This document shows, one piece after another, positions 49,401 to 60,272 of a stretch of 64,000 bases of DNA. The notes below the pieces were generated by a model. That model saw only the letters and a program-made list of their open reading frames with translations, was not told where the DNA came from and did not search any database. The DNA comes from Mustelus asterias (Eukaryota). The translations under genes and the position numbers were made by a program. Positions within the stretch are counted from its first letter, which is position 1, and each line of letters begins with the position of its first letter. The DNA lies in contig NC_135808.1 in the NCBI RefSeq assembly GCF_964213995.1, positions 7,502,001-7,566,000 of the forward strand, given 5' to 3'.

Positions 49401-52400
49401 TACAGAGTACCCCGGTGGCTGTGCCCCTTAAAAATAAGTACTCCTGTTTGAGTGCTGTTGTGGGGAGCAGCCTACCTGGGGGAAGCAACAGTGGCTGTGC
49501 CTCCGGCACAGAGTCTGGCCCGGCAGCTCAGAAGGGTAGGGAAAGGGAGGATGGATCGTGTTTTCGAAATCCTTAAGGGGGAGGTGGACCAGCCCCAAGT
49601 CGTGCAGGGAAAGTGGTAAAAGAGGGAGAGGTGTGGCATTGTTAGTCAAGGACAGTATTACAGTGGCAGAAAGGACATTTGATCAGGACTCGTCTACTGA
49701 AGTAGTTTGGGCTGAGGTTAGAAACAGGAAAGGAGAGGTCACCCTGTTGGGGGTTTTTTATAGACCTCCGAAAAGTTCCAGAGACGTAGAGGAAAGGATT
49801 GCAAAGACGATTCTGGATAGGAGCGAAAATAACAGTGCAGTTGTTATGGGGGACTTTAACTTTACAAATATTAACTGGAAAAGCTATAGTTCGAGTACCT
49901 TAGAGGGGTCAGTTTTTGTCTAATGTGTGCAGGAAGGCTTCCTGACACAGTATGTAGATAGACCAACAAGAGGCGAGGCCACATTGGATTTGGTACTGGG
50001 TAATGAACCAGGCCACGTGTTAGATTTGGCGGTAGGTGAGCACTTTGGTGATAGTGACCACAATTCTATTACGTTTACCTTAGCAATGGAAAGGGATAGG
50101 TATATACCGAAGGGCAAGAGTTATAGCTGGGGGGAAGGAAATTATGATGCGAATAGGTAAGATTTAGGTGGCATAGGTTGGGGAAGGAAACTGCAGGGGA
50201 TGGGCACAATTGTAATGTGGAGCTTGTTCAAGGAACAGCTACTACGCATCCTCGATAAATATGTACCTGTCAGGCAGGGAGGAAGCAGACGTGTGAGGGA
50301 ACCATGGTTTACTAAAGAGGTTGAACCTGTTGTGAAGAGGAAGAAGGAGACTTATGTTAAGATGAGACGTGAAGGCTCAGTTAGGGCGCTTGAGAGTTAC
50401 AAGCTGGCCAGGAAGGACCTAAAGAAAAAGTTAAGAAGAGCCAGGAGGCGGCATTACAGGTCTTTGGCAGGTAGGATCAAGGAAAACCCTAAGGCTTTCT
50501 ATAGGTATGTCAGGAGTAAAAGAATGACTCGGGTAAGATTAGGGCCAGTCAAGGACAGTAGTGGGAAGTTATGCGTGGAGTCTGAAGAGATAGGAGAGGC
50601 ACTGAATGAATATTCTTCATCGGTATTCACACAGGAGAGGGACAGTGTTGTCGAGGGGAGTACTGAGATGCAGGCTGTTGGACTGGATGGGATTGAGGTT
50701 CATAAGGAGGAGGTGTTAGCGACTCTGGAAAGGGTAAAATAGATAAATCCCCTGGGCCGGATGGGATTTATCCTAGGATTCTCTGGGAGGGAAGAGAGGA
50801 GATTGCAGAGCGTTTGGCTTGTTCTTTGTGTCGTCAGTGTCTACAGGAACAGTGCCAGAAGACTGGAGGATAGCAAATGTTGTCCCCTTGTTCAAGAAGG
50901 GGAGTAGGGACCACCCTGGTCATTATAGAGCGGTGAGCCTTACTTCTGTTGTGGGCAAAGTTTTGGAAAGGATTATAAGAGATAGGGTTTATAATCATCC
51001 AGAAAGGAATAATATGATTAGGGATAATCAGCACGGTTTTGTGAAGGGTAGGTCGTGCCTCACAAACCTTATTGAGTTCTTCGAGAAGGTGACCAAAGAG
51101 CTGGATGAGGGTACAGTGGTTGATGTGGTGTATGTGGATTTCAGCAAGCGTTTGATCAGGGTCCCCATGGTAAGCGATTGAGGGTGATTTAGTGGTTTGG
51201 ATCAGGAATTGGCTAGCTGTAAGAAAACAGAGGGTGGTGGTGGATGGGAAATATTCATCCTGGAGTTCAGTTACTCGTGGTGTACCGCAAGGATCTGTTT
51301 TGGGGCCACTGCTGTTTGTCATTTTTATAAATGACCTGGATGAGGGCGTAAAAGGATGGATTAGTAAATTTGCAGATGACGCTAAAGTCGGTGGAGTTGT
51401 AGACAGTGTGGAGGGAAGTGGCAGGTGACAAGGGGATATAGATAAGCTGCAGAGCTGGGATGAGAGGTGGCAAATGGAGTTTAATTCGGAAAAGTGTGAG
51501 GTGATTCACTTTGGAAGGAGTAACAGGAATACGGAGTACTGGGCTAATGGTAAGATACTTGATAGTGTGGATGAACAGAGGGATCTGAGTGACCATGTGC
51601 ATAGATCCCTGAAAGTTGGTACCCAGGTTGATAGGGGGTTGTTAAGAAGGCATACGGCGTGTTAGCTTTTATTGGTAGAGGGATTGAGTTTCGGAGCCAT
51701 GAGGTCATGCTGCCACTGTACAAAACTCTGGTGCGGCCGCACTTGGAGTATTGCGTACAGTGCTGGTCGCCGCATTATAGGAAAGATGTGGAAGCGTTGG
51801 AAAGGGTGCAGAGGAGATTTACCAGGATGTTGCCAGGCATGGTGGGAAGATCGGATGAGGAAAGGCTGAGGGACTTGAGGTTGTTTTCGTTAGAGAGAAG
51901 AAGGTTAAGAGGTGACTTAATAGAGGCATACAAGATAATCAGAGGATTAGATAGGATGGATAGTGAGAGCTTTTTTCCTCGGATGGTGATGGCTAACACG
52001 AGGGGACAGAGCTTTAAATTGAGGGGTGATAGATATGGGACAGATGTCAGAGGTAGGTTCTTTACTCAGAGAGTAGTAAGGGCGTGGAATGCCCTGCCTG
52101 CAGCAGTAGTGGACTCGTCAACATTAAAAGCATTCAAATGGTTATTGGATAAACATATGGATGATATTGGAATAGTGCAGATTAGAGGGGCTTTAGATTG
52201 GTTTCACTGATCAGTGCAACATCGAGGGCCGAATGGCCTGTACTGCGCTGTAATATTCTATGTTCTATGTTCTTGTGACTAATATATACATTTTACGTCC
52301 TTCAGAAGGTCCTGCAAAATCCACATGCATGTATCGCCACGCCTCTACAACCCGTTCCCATGTATTTCCTCTATGTGTACCACTCACAATGACCCTCATA

Positions 52401-54838
52401 TAGCTTCTCTAACACCTGTTCCCTCGATGGAGGCGGAATACGTTCTCTGAGCCCCCAGTCAACACACACTGACTCCAATTTCCCGGAGCAGTAGGATTTC
52501 AGATTTATTCTTGCTCTGAGGTCTTGCCTCATAATACCATATCCATCACTTCTGAAAGTATTGGATCACTCCAAGTGTGCTGCCTCCTTTGTTTGGAGTG
52601 ACTGATGTGTTTTCTACTTGATCAACGTAGAAAGTATTCCCACTTGAGTAGTTTGATGAACTACCTGGCAGTGGTAATCTTGAAAGTCCATCTGCATTAC
52701 CATGTAGACTTGACTGTTGATACTTAATAACGTAGGTAGTTCAGACAAAAGCAATGCCTCTCTTTTCATTGTACTTGTTACAGCTGACAGAATTCCCATG
52801 TGTGGTCCAAAAATAGTAGCTAATGGACAATGGTCCATTAACAATGCGAACTTCCTGCTGTACAAGAATTGATGGAATTTCTTTACTCCAAAAATGATTC
52901 CTAATGCTTCCCTTTCAATCTGGGAAGGGTCACTTTCACCTTTTCTCAGGGTTCAAGAAGCAAAAGCAATGGGTGATGGCAAGTTGCGAGGGACCACTAC
53001 TCCTGAACCATAAGGAGATGCATTGCAAGCTAACTGAGGATCAAAGTGCATGAGAGGTTCAGATTTAAGTAACGCTCAGTCCATTCAGGATCTGATCCGT
53101 TGCTATTTGAATTAATGCAGGAAATAATCTGATACCAAATGGTCATCTTCGGTACTGGAAGAAGCCTGTATGTGTCAGAATCGGCAGAAGGTCCTGCGAC
53201 TTCTTGTTCACGTTTATCTGTAAGTAGGCTTGGCTCAGATCAATTTTGCTGTAATCTGGGTTCTCAGGTTGCCTGCAACTATGCTAAGGGAAGTGGGCAC
53301 CATAATATCTTCAACTATTTTGTTTGCCTGTGAAAAACAATCAAAATGTTCAGTATAAGAGCTTCGTGGCTCCACATTTTCATCAGAGTCCCAGGACACA
53401 GAAAACCCCTGCCTTTTTCTACTAATGTACGTTTCCCCTATGCGCACTTTGCAACTGTGTTCTAGCAGCTACGTTGATTCCCACACACACAAGTTTCAGC
53501 CTCATTTATCACAGGTAGCGGGTACAATATGTTTTGTAGGCAGACTATCGTTAATCACGTCTAACTAGCCCGTTGGTTCTCTTGAGCACATGTTTGACAG
53601 GTGAAACGCTTTCCTTTCTAACTTTCCTTTTGTCCAACTGTTCTCGGTAAAATTCTTCTTCCCGAGTGGCTAGCCAGCATATGTTCATAGTCCTCGTCGC
53701 CAGTTTTTCTGTTGTAGTTTGGAGGTATGGTGCCAGGGAGAATGGCTGAGCTCTTACATAGCTGTTCTACTCTCTGTTTCCCGTTCTAGGATGTGTGGCG
53801 TCACTTCCGGAGAATACATTCAATCAACAGAGTTTCAGTTTAAGTTAAACTTATGTTTTAGTGTCACAACTGGGCTTCCATTAACACTGCAATGAAGTTA
53901 CTGTGAAAATCCCCTAGTCGCCACACTCCAGTGTCTATTCAGGTACACTGAGGCGGAATTTAGCATGGCTAATGCACCTAACCAGCACATCTTTCACACT
54001 GTGGGAGGAAACCGGAGCACCCGGAGGAAACCCACGCAGACAGGATTTAACGTGCAAACTCCACACAGACAGAGACCCAAGCCAGGAATTGAACCCTCGT
54101 CCCTGGCGCTGTGAAGCAGCAGTGCTAACCATTGTGCCTCCGTACTGCCCAAGAGTTAGAGCCAATAAGAAGTAACGCAAATACGTGACAATATGGGGGG
54201 ACGATTTTTGATGAGGTGTGCTTAAAATCTAGAAGGCACTGACTAAGTGTCATGGAGGGAAATTCAATTATATCTTCAAAGATTGGAGATTGGATAGTTT
54301 TCTAAAGAGGACATATTTGCAGGGCAACAACAAACAGTGCGGGACTGTTATTGGTTGAGTTGTTCTTGTAGATCGGACACGGACACAATAAGACAAATAT
54401 ATCCTTCTGTGGTGTAGACAAAGCGCCACCAATCAACTCTGAAAGGAGAGAGTAACCTATGGTCCTCTGGGACTATGGCGACGTTTACAAACTATTTACT
54501 TGTCTCAACTCATCTCCACCAACCTGGGCCACCACTTGCGATGCTAAACTCTTTCTCCGTCTTAACTCTGCATTTTTTCTTTTCCTGATTACACATTACT
54601 CTGATTCCTTTGAAATTTTTTCTACGTTAAGGATGCTGTAAACATGTGAAATGATGTAGCTGTAATTCTGCGCACTGCGGATGAAACATATTTTTTATCT
54701 TATTGCAATGATTATTAGGTTCACTCTAATCGTGGCAGTATTTCCCTACATTACGCCAAACTGAAAATCAAGCAACAGAAGAAGGCAAAGAAAATGAACT
54801 ATGACACAGATCATGCCGAATACGCCACCATCCGCTGA
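40392..54838 (+). CDS. NCR3-like: Gene B: NKp30/NCR3-like single IgV(J) inhibitory receptor with ITIM and ITSM-like tail. Exons 40392-40449, 42202-42540, 44295-44414, 45827-45845, 45935-45963, 46155-46183, 54719-54838; 237 aa
   Basis: Seven exons (58+339+120+19+29+29+120=714 nt), all GT-AG, join into one open frame: leader, [29 protein letters not shown], then [68 protein letters not shown]. Confidence 0.87.
41093..42001 (+). repeat. 24-bp minisatellite (consensus about AACATTAACCTGCCCACACAACCC), about 37-38 units, in intron 1 of gene B
   Basis: Tandem 24-nt periodicity visible directly; the ORF track shows 8-aa repeats (NINLPTQP). Confidence 0.95.
42202..42540 (+). CDS. NCR3-like: Gene B exon 2, VJ-type IgV domain (NKp30-like)
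   Basis: Acceptor tgtttttcccaacag, donor gtaagt, 339 nt, phase 1-1. Contains VTLNC, IGATYW, DSDTYYC and GSGTHLEV. Confidence 0.93.
43455..43835 (+). mobile_element. SINE family 2
   Basis: Full-length, with B-box-like GGTTCAAACC. Confidence 0.85.
43860..44200 (+). mobile_element. DeuSINE-like element (AmnSINE1/SacSINE1-type)
   Basis: GTGCTGCACTGTTGGAGGTG...TCCTGGCCAATATTT...CTGAGGTCGTGCAAGGCGCTATAGAAATG resembles the Deu domain and tail as I recall them. Confidence 0.65.
44295..44414 (+). CDS. Gene B exon 3, stalk plus uncharged transmembrane segment
   Basis: Acceptor tctccttatttcag, donor AAG|gtgtgt, 120 nt, phase 1-1. Encodes [40 protein letters not shown]. Confidence 0.88.
45062..45695. 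mobile_element. SINE family 2 (45062-45405, plus) tail-to-tail with an HE1 V-SINE (45405-45695, minus)
   Basis: Each part matches other copies in the window. Confidence 0.85.
45827..45845 (+). CDS. Gene B exon 4, 19-nt micro-exon (VIRRLR, juxtamembrane basic patch)
   Basis: Acceptor cattttcttccag, donor AAG|gtaaaa; phase 1 to 2. Confidence 0.72.
45935..45963 (+). CDS. Gene B exon 5, 29-nt micro-exon ([10 protein letters not shown])
   Basis: Acceptor ttttgcttcctacag, donor CTG|gtatgt; phase 2 to 1. Confidence 0.72.
46155..46183 (+). CDS. Gene B exon 6, 29-nt micro-exon ([10 protein letters not shown])
   Basis: Acceptor tgctattcccacag, donor CAG|gtaaga; phase 1 to 0, matching the terminal exon. 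Confidence 0.75.
47120..47446 (-). mobile_element. HE1-type V-SINE
   Basis: Full-length copy. Confidence 0.9.
48165..48437 (+). mobile_element. V-SINE with alternative tail; the end of its tail resumes at 52272
   Basis: ...GCCTACTTGT | CR1 | CTTGTGACTAAT. Confidence 0.85.
48438..52271 (+). mobile_element. CR1 LINE retaining 5'UTR and ORF1 start, internally deleted, with disrupted ORF2 (endonuclease plus RT) and (TTCTATG)n tail
   Basis: ORF1 [20 protein letters not shown]..leucine zipper; APE YRPP, MGDFN, LDLVL, SDHN; RT motifs; several stops and frameshifts. Confidence 0.95.
48953..49300 (-). mobile_element. HE1-type V-SINE inserted in CR1 ORF1
   Basis: GAGTT duplicated at 48948-48952 and 49321-49325; ORF1 reads IDRS|YRQVVTPG across the insertion. 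Confidence 0.92.
53838..54150 (-). mobile_element. V-SINE with alternative 3' tail
   Basis: Reverse complement of the 32247 copy. Confidence 0.88.
54719..54838 (+). CDS. Gene B terminal coding exon with ITIM (LHYAKL, 54746-54763) and ITSM-like motif (AEYATI, 54815-54832)
   Basis: Acceptor ttttttatcttattgcaatgattattag, 39 codons plus TGA, two Tyr motifs 23 aa apart, followed by AT-rich non-repeat sequence with AATAAA. Confidence 0.88.
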   Translation, partial: VHSNRGSISLHYAKLKIKQQKKAKKMNYDTDHAEYATIR

Positions 54839-55369
54839 AGCAGTGGGAAGAAACTTGAAACACTGCAATATCCTGACCCTCCATTAATCCTACCTCGCAC
54901 TGAGCCGTATCTGGCACACTGATTTCCTTGTTCGCTATTACACTGCTAATAATTAAACTTGTTCAATGTTAACTATGAATATGCGCGAATATGCTGTTGT
55001 TTACGAATTGTTGAATACACCAACCTTGAAATTACTCAACTTGAAGAGGCGCTGTGCCTCTTCAAGAACTTATAATCAGATCTTCATTCTCATGATCAAA
55101 TTGTACATTTTGCCAACAATGGGAAACAGAAGAATGTGGGGAAGGAGATCTACTGGGTCACTACTTGCAGGAAATGTGTAAATCAATCAGTGAAAATGTC
55201 ATTGCGTGAATATTTCTGCTAAATTCACGAGAAAGGTTATTTGCTGTCTCCCTTGGTATTTGATTCAAGTGATCTTCCCAATTTGATTCCATTATTGACA
55301 AGAAATAATAATCCAAGTACTATCACAAAATGTAAATGTATGAGTTATAGTTAACTGCTTTCAGCTTCC

Positions 55370-55375
55370 AATAAA
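55370..55375 (+). terminator. Candidate polyadenylation signal of gene B (second AATAAA at 55437-55442)
   Basis: AATAAA about 530 nt after the stop codon. Confidence 0.55.
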
Positions 55376-55841
55376 AATTAAAGTGCTTGATCATCTTAAC
55401 TCTGTGTTGCAGATCATAGTATTCTATTAATTTTGCAATAAACCCTGCAATTCTGTGCTTGACATTTTCTCAGATTCAGTGTCCCGACTCATGCACATGC
55501 AAGGGGAGGTAGGGCTCAGTATCATTTGGAGTAAATAGTTTCCTATAATATATCGCAGGGGAAAATAGAAAATAAGTCGATATTTCAAACCTTCGAGTCC
55601 GTCCTATAGATTAATACGGTCATTTTATATTATCATATCATTTTATAAACCTGCAATTTCACCGTATGCACCTGACACAGCTCCATATCCCTTAATAGCC
55701 ATTGGTATTCAAAACATCAGTCCATCTCAGATTGTACTTAATAAATTATATTTTATGGGAGATACTTTGGCATAGTTCATGACTTACAACAGTCAGGAAT
55801 ATGGAGTCCAGGAAGAGGATAAATCAGCCATGGTTAATGAA

Positions 55842-55973
55842 CACAGTAAGAAGTCTCACAACACCAGATTAAAGTCTAACAGGTTTATTTGGAATCACCA
55901 GCTTTCAGAGCGCTGCTCCTTCACAAGGTGAGTGACTCACCTGAAGAAGGAGCAGCGCTCTGAAAGCTCGTGA
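55842..55973. mobile_element. Penelope terminus with hairpin junction
   Basis: AGCTTTCAGAGCGCTGCTCCTTCACAAGGTGAGT-G-ACTCACCTGAAGAAGGAGCAGCGCTCTGAAAGCT. Confidence 0.8.
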
Positions 55974-58078
55974 AACTGAAGGGGATGGGCACAATTGTAA
56001 TGTGGAACTTGTTCAAGGAACAGCTACTACGCTTCCTTGATAAATATGTACCTGTCAGGCAGGGAGGAAGCAGACATGTGAGGGAACCGTGGTTTACTAA
56101 GGAGGTTGAATCTCTTTTGAAGAGGAAGAAGGAGACTTATGTTAAGATGAGACGTGAAGGCTCAGTTAGGGCACTTGAGAGTTACAAGTTAGCCAGGAAG
56201 GCCATAAAGAAAGAGTTAAGAAGGGCCAGGAGTGGACATGAGAAGTCTTTGGCAGGTAGGATCAAGGAAAACCCTAAAGCTTTCTATAGGTATGTCAGGA
56301 GTAAAAGAATGACTCGGGTAAGATTAGGGCCAGTCAAGGACAGTAGTGGGAAGTTGTGCGTGGAATCTGAAGAGATAGGAGAGGCACTAAATGAATATTT
56401 TTCGTCGGTATTCACACTGGAGAGGGACAGTGTTGTCGAGGGGAGTACTGAGATGCAGGCTGTTGGACTGGATGGGATTGATGTTCATAAGGAGAAGGTG
56501 TTAGCAATTCTGGAAAGGGTAAAAATAGATAAATGACCTGGGCCAGATGGGATTTATCCTAGGATTCTCTGGGAGGCTAGAGAGGAGATTGCAGAGCCTT
56601 TGGCTTTGATCTTTGTGTCGTCATTGTCTACAGGAACAGTGCCAGAATACTGGAGGATAGCAAATGTTGTCCCCTTGTTCAAGAAGGGGAGTCGGGACAA
56701 CCCTGGTAATTATAGACCGGTGATCCTTACTTCTGTTGTGGGCAAAGTTTTGGAAAGGACTATAAGAGATAGGATTTATAATCACCTAGAAAGGAATAAT
56801 TTGATTAGGGATAGTCAGCACGGTTTTGTGAAGGGTAGGTTGTGCCTCACAAACCTTATTGAGTACTTCGAGAAGGTGACCAAAGAGGTGGATGAGGGTA
56901 AAGCGGTTGATGTGGTGTATATGGATTTCAGCAAAGCGTTTGATAAGGTTCCCCATGGTAAGATTTTACAGAAAATACGGACACATGGGATTGAGGGTGA
57001 TTTAGTGGTTTGGATCAGGAATTGGCTAGCTGTAAGAAAACAGAGGGCGGTGGTTGATGGGAAATATTCATCCTGGAGTTCAGTTACTAGTGGTGTACCG
57101 CAAGGATCTGTTTTGGGGCCACTGCTGTTTGTCATTTTTATTAATGACCTGGATGAGGGCGTGGAAGGATGGATTAGTAAATTTGCGGATGACACTAAAG
57201 TCGGTGAAGTTGTAGACAGTGCGGAGGGAAGTGGCAGGTTACAGAGGGACATAGATAAGCTGCAGAGCTGGGATGAGAGGTGGCAAATGGAGTTTAATTC
57301 GGAAAAGTGTGAGGTGATTCACTTTGGAAGGAGTAACAGGAATACAGAGTACTGGGCTAGTGGTCAGATACTTGGTAGTGTGGATGAACAGAGGGATCTG
57401 GGTGTCCATGTGCATAGATCTCTGAAAGTTGGTATCCAGGTTGATAGGGTTGTTAAGAAGGTGTACAGTGTGTTAGCTTTTATTGGTAGAGGGATTGAGT
57501 TTTGGAGCCAGGAGGTCATGCTGCAACTGTGTAAAACTCTGGTGCGGCCGCATTTGGAGTATTGCATACAGTTCTGGTCGCCGCATTATAGGAAAGATGT
57601 GCAAGTGTTGGAAAGGGTGCAGAGGAGATTTACCAGGATGTTGCCTGGTATGGTGGGAAAATCGTATGTGGAAAGACTGAGGGGCTTGAGGTTGTTTTCG
57701 TTAGAGAGAAGAAGGTTAAGAGGTGACTTAATAGAGGCTTACAAGATGATCAGAGGATTAGATAGTGTGGATAGTGAGAGGCTTGTTCCTCGGATGGTGA
57801 TGGCTAACACGAGGGGACATAGCTTTAAATTGAGGGGTGATAGATATAGGTCAGATGTTAGAGGTAGGTTCTTTACTCAGAGAGTAGTAAGGGCTTGTAA
57901 TGCCCTGCCTGCAGCAGTAGTGGACTCGTCAACATTAAAAGCATTCAAATGGTTATTGGATAAACATATGGATGATATTGGAATAGTGTAAATTAGAGGG
58001 GTTTAAGATTGGTTCCACTGGTCGGCGCAACATCGAGGGCGGAAGGGCCTGTAGTGCGCTGTAATGTTCTATGTTCTA
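55973..58078 (+). mobile_element. Young 5'-truncated CR1 LINE; RT ORF 56600-57991 (463 aa) uninterrupted; same subfamily as 48438-52271
   Basis: Full set of RT motifs, one in-frame TGA at 56534-56536 upstream, (TTCTATG) tail. Confidence 0.96.
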
Positions 58079-58499
58079 TCATTGGAGCAAAGGCACTATA
58101 ATATCATGATCTCAATGAATGGTGGAGTGGACTAGATGGACTGAATAGGCTACATCCACTCCTACGGTCTTATGGTCTTACTACAGCGGTTATTGCATGA
58201 AGTGTTTCACAGCCTCTCTTCTGAATGACCTATATCTGTTTTAAACGTTACCTCCCTTTTTCTTACATACCTTCAGTAGAGTAAACATTTTCTCTCTATC
58301 CACACTAAATAAATCCTGTTAAAATCATTAAAGAAGCACATTCAAATCAATTCATGAATTACTACATTCCAAGGAGCATAAACTAAATGTATTCAATCTC
58401 TCCTTGGAGCCATCCCTTGGAGCTTTCGTCAAATTCAACTGCTGCCCAGTCCCTCATCCATGTCTCTGGTAACTATAAACTTGACTATTGAAGATATTA

Positions 58500-59310
58500 T
58501 TGGACTGGTAGTTGGGAAGAAAAGTGGCAAATGGAACATTCCACCTGGAGAAGAATTATGTGATTTACCTGAGCAAATCGAACAAGGTAAAGGATTGCAC
58601 AATAAATCGGCGAATATTAAGGAAGTGAGTGAATGTTTCAGATTCCTGAAGGTAACAGGACAGGCCGATATGGTTGTTATTAAGGCATGTGGAATCATTT
58701 CCTTTATTAGCCAAGGTAAGGGATATCAGAATCTACATGCTTCTGCTACAACTGTATGAACTAATAATTAGACCACAACTTGAGTTATTGTGTGCAGCAC
58801 TGGCCACCTCATTAGACAAAGAATGCAATTGCATTGAAGAGCTTACAGAAGAGATTTCTGTGAATGTTGCCAGGGCCGGACGATTGCAGCTGTGAGGAAA
58901 GATTAGCTAGACTGGGGTTGTTCCCACTGGAATAAAGGAGGGTGGGGGAGACTTGATTAGGGTGTAGAAAGTGGTGAGGGGTTCGGATAGAGTGGGTGGG
59001 AGGGGCCTGTTTACCTTAGCAGAGGGGTCAGCAACCACGAGGCATAGAAGTGGCTGATTGAGAGGTTAGAGAGGCGTTGAGGAACAATTCTTCAGCCTGA
59101 GGATAATAGGTGGCTGTAACTCACTGCCTGAAAGGGTAGTAGAGGAAGAAACCTTCAACAAATTTAAAGCGTGACTGGATATTCATCTCAAGCGCGGTAA
59201 CCTGCAGAGCTACGGGCCGAATGCTGGAAAGTGGAATCAGGCTGGATGGCCCGTTTTTCAGCTGGCGCTCACAGTGGGCCAATGAAGCCATAAACGTTCT
59301 ATGATTCTAT
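58500..59310 (+). mobile_element. Old CR1 3' fragment
   Basis: IRPQLE..C and EERL remnants plus tail. Confidence 0.7.
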
Positions 59311-59939
59311 ACTTGTTTGTTTCACATTTCCCTTTTGAGGGAACGTACCTTGATCGTGCCAGAAGCATCTCTTCTATGAAGGTAGCTCACTGCCCCTTCA
59401 TTGTCAGCTATGTTTTTCTTACCAACCATTGGCTTCACTTTATTTGGTCCGGATCCATTCTTACCCCATTCAAGTTGGCCTTCACCCAGTTAATTATTCT
59501 TATTCTGTTGTTTATTGTCATTTTCCAAAGTCATTCTAAACCTTATTATGCTATTATCATTGTTTCTAAATGTTCTCCCTATGATACTTGACCAAAATGG
59601 CCCACCATACTCCAGATAATCTGGTCCAGCAATGTCTCCTTTCTCGTTAGAATGAACGCATACTGCTATCGGAAATTCTATGTTCTCTTACCCCTCTTCA
59701 CCCTTTACACTACCGCTATCCAAATCGGCGCTCAGATAATTAATTATACCTACTCTCTAATTTTTGCACCACACTGTAATTCCCTTGATGATTTATTCCT
59801 CTACATTCTTCCAACTTGCTGGTGGTCCATAGACTGTATTCAGGAATATTCAGCACCCAAAATTGCCCTGCCTGGAACCAGGCTCTTTTAAAGCCACAAC
59901 CTCGTAATTCCAGTTGGCAGTAGCTCACCGCCCTGGTGT

Positions 59940-60272
59940 TTTTTATTCATTCATGGGATGTGGGCATCACTGAATGGACCAACATTTATTGCCCATTCAT
60001 AATTATCTTTGCAATGAGTATATTGTTGGGCCATTTCAGAGGGCATTCAAGAGTCAATCACATTGCTGTGGATCTGGAGTCAGATGTACGCCTGACCAGG
60101 AAAGCGTCAGATGGGTTTTTATGACAAACGACAATGGTTTAATGGTCATCATTAGACTTTTATTTCCAGATTTTTTTTTTATTGAAATTGCACCGTCTGC
60201 CTTGTGAGGAACCCAGGTCCCCAGAGCATTACCTGGGTTTCTGAATTGTTCATCCAGTGACAATAATCGCCT
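59940..60272 (-). mobile_element. SINE family 2
   Basis: Reverse complement of the 43455 copy, internally deleted. Confidence 0.75.

Larger units (their letters stand above)
47460..53830 (-). mobile_element. Degenerate Gypsy LTR retrotransposon (PBS, gag, RNase H and integrase remnants) split by nested insertions
   Basis: Integrase [31 protein letters not shown] (47846-48226); RNase [19 protein letters not shown] (52614-52865); PBS-like TGGCGACGAGGA at 53702-53691. Confidence 0.8.

Noticed and set aside
56600-57991. 463-aa ORF, the longest in the window, as a host gene
   Set aside because: It is CR1 reverse transcriptase from a 5'-truncated copy with an upstream in-frame stop; not autonomous and not a host gene.
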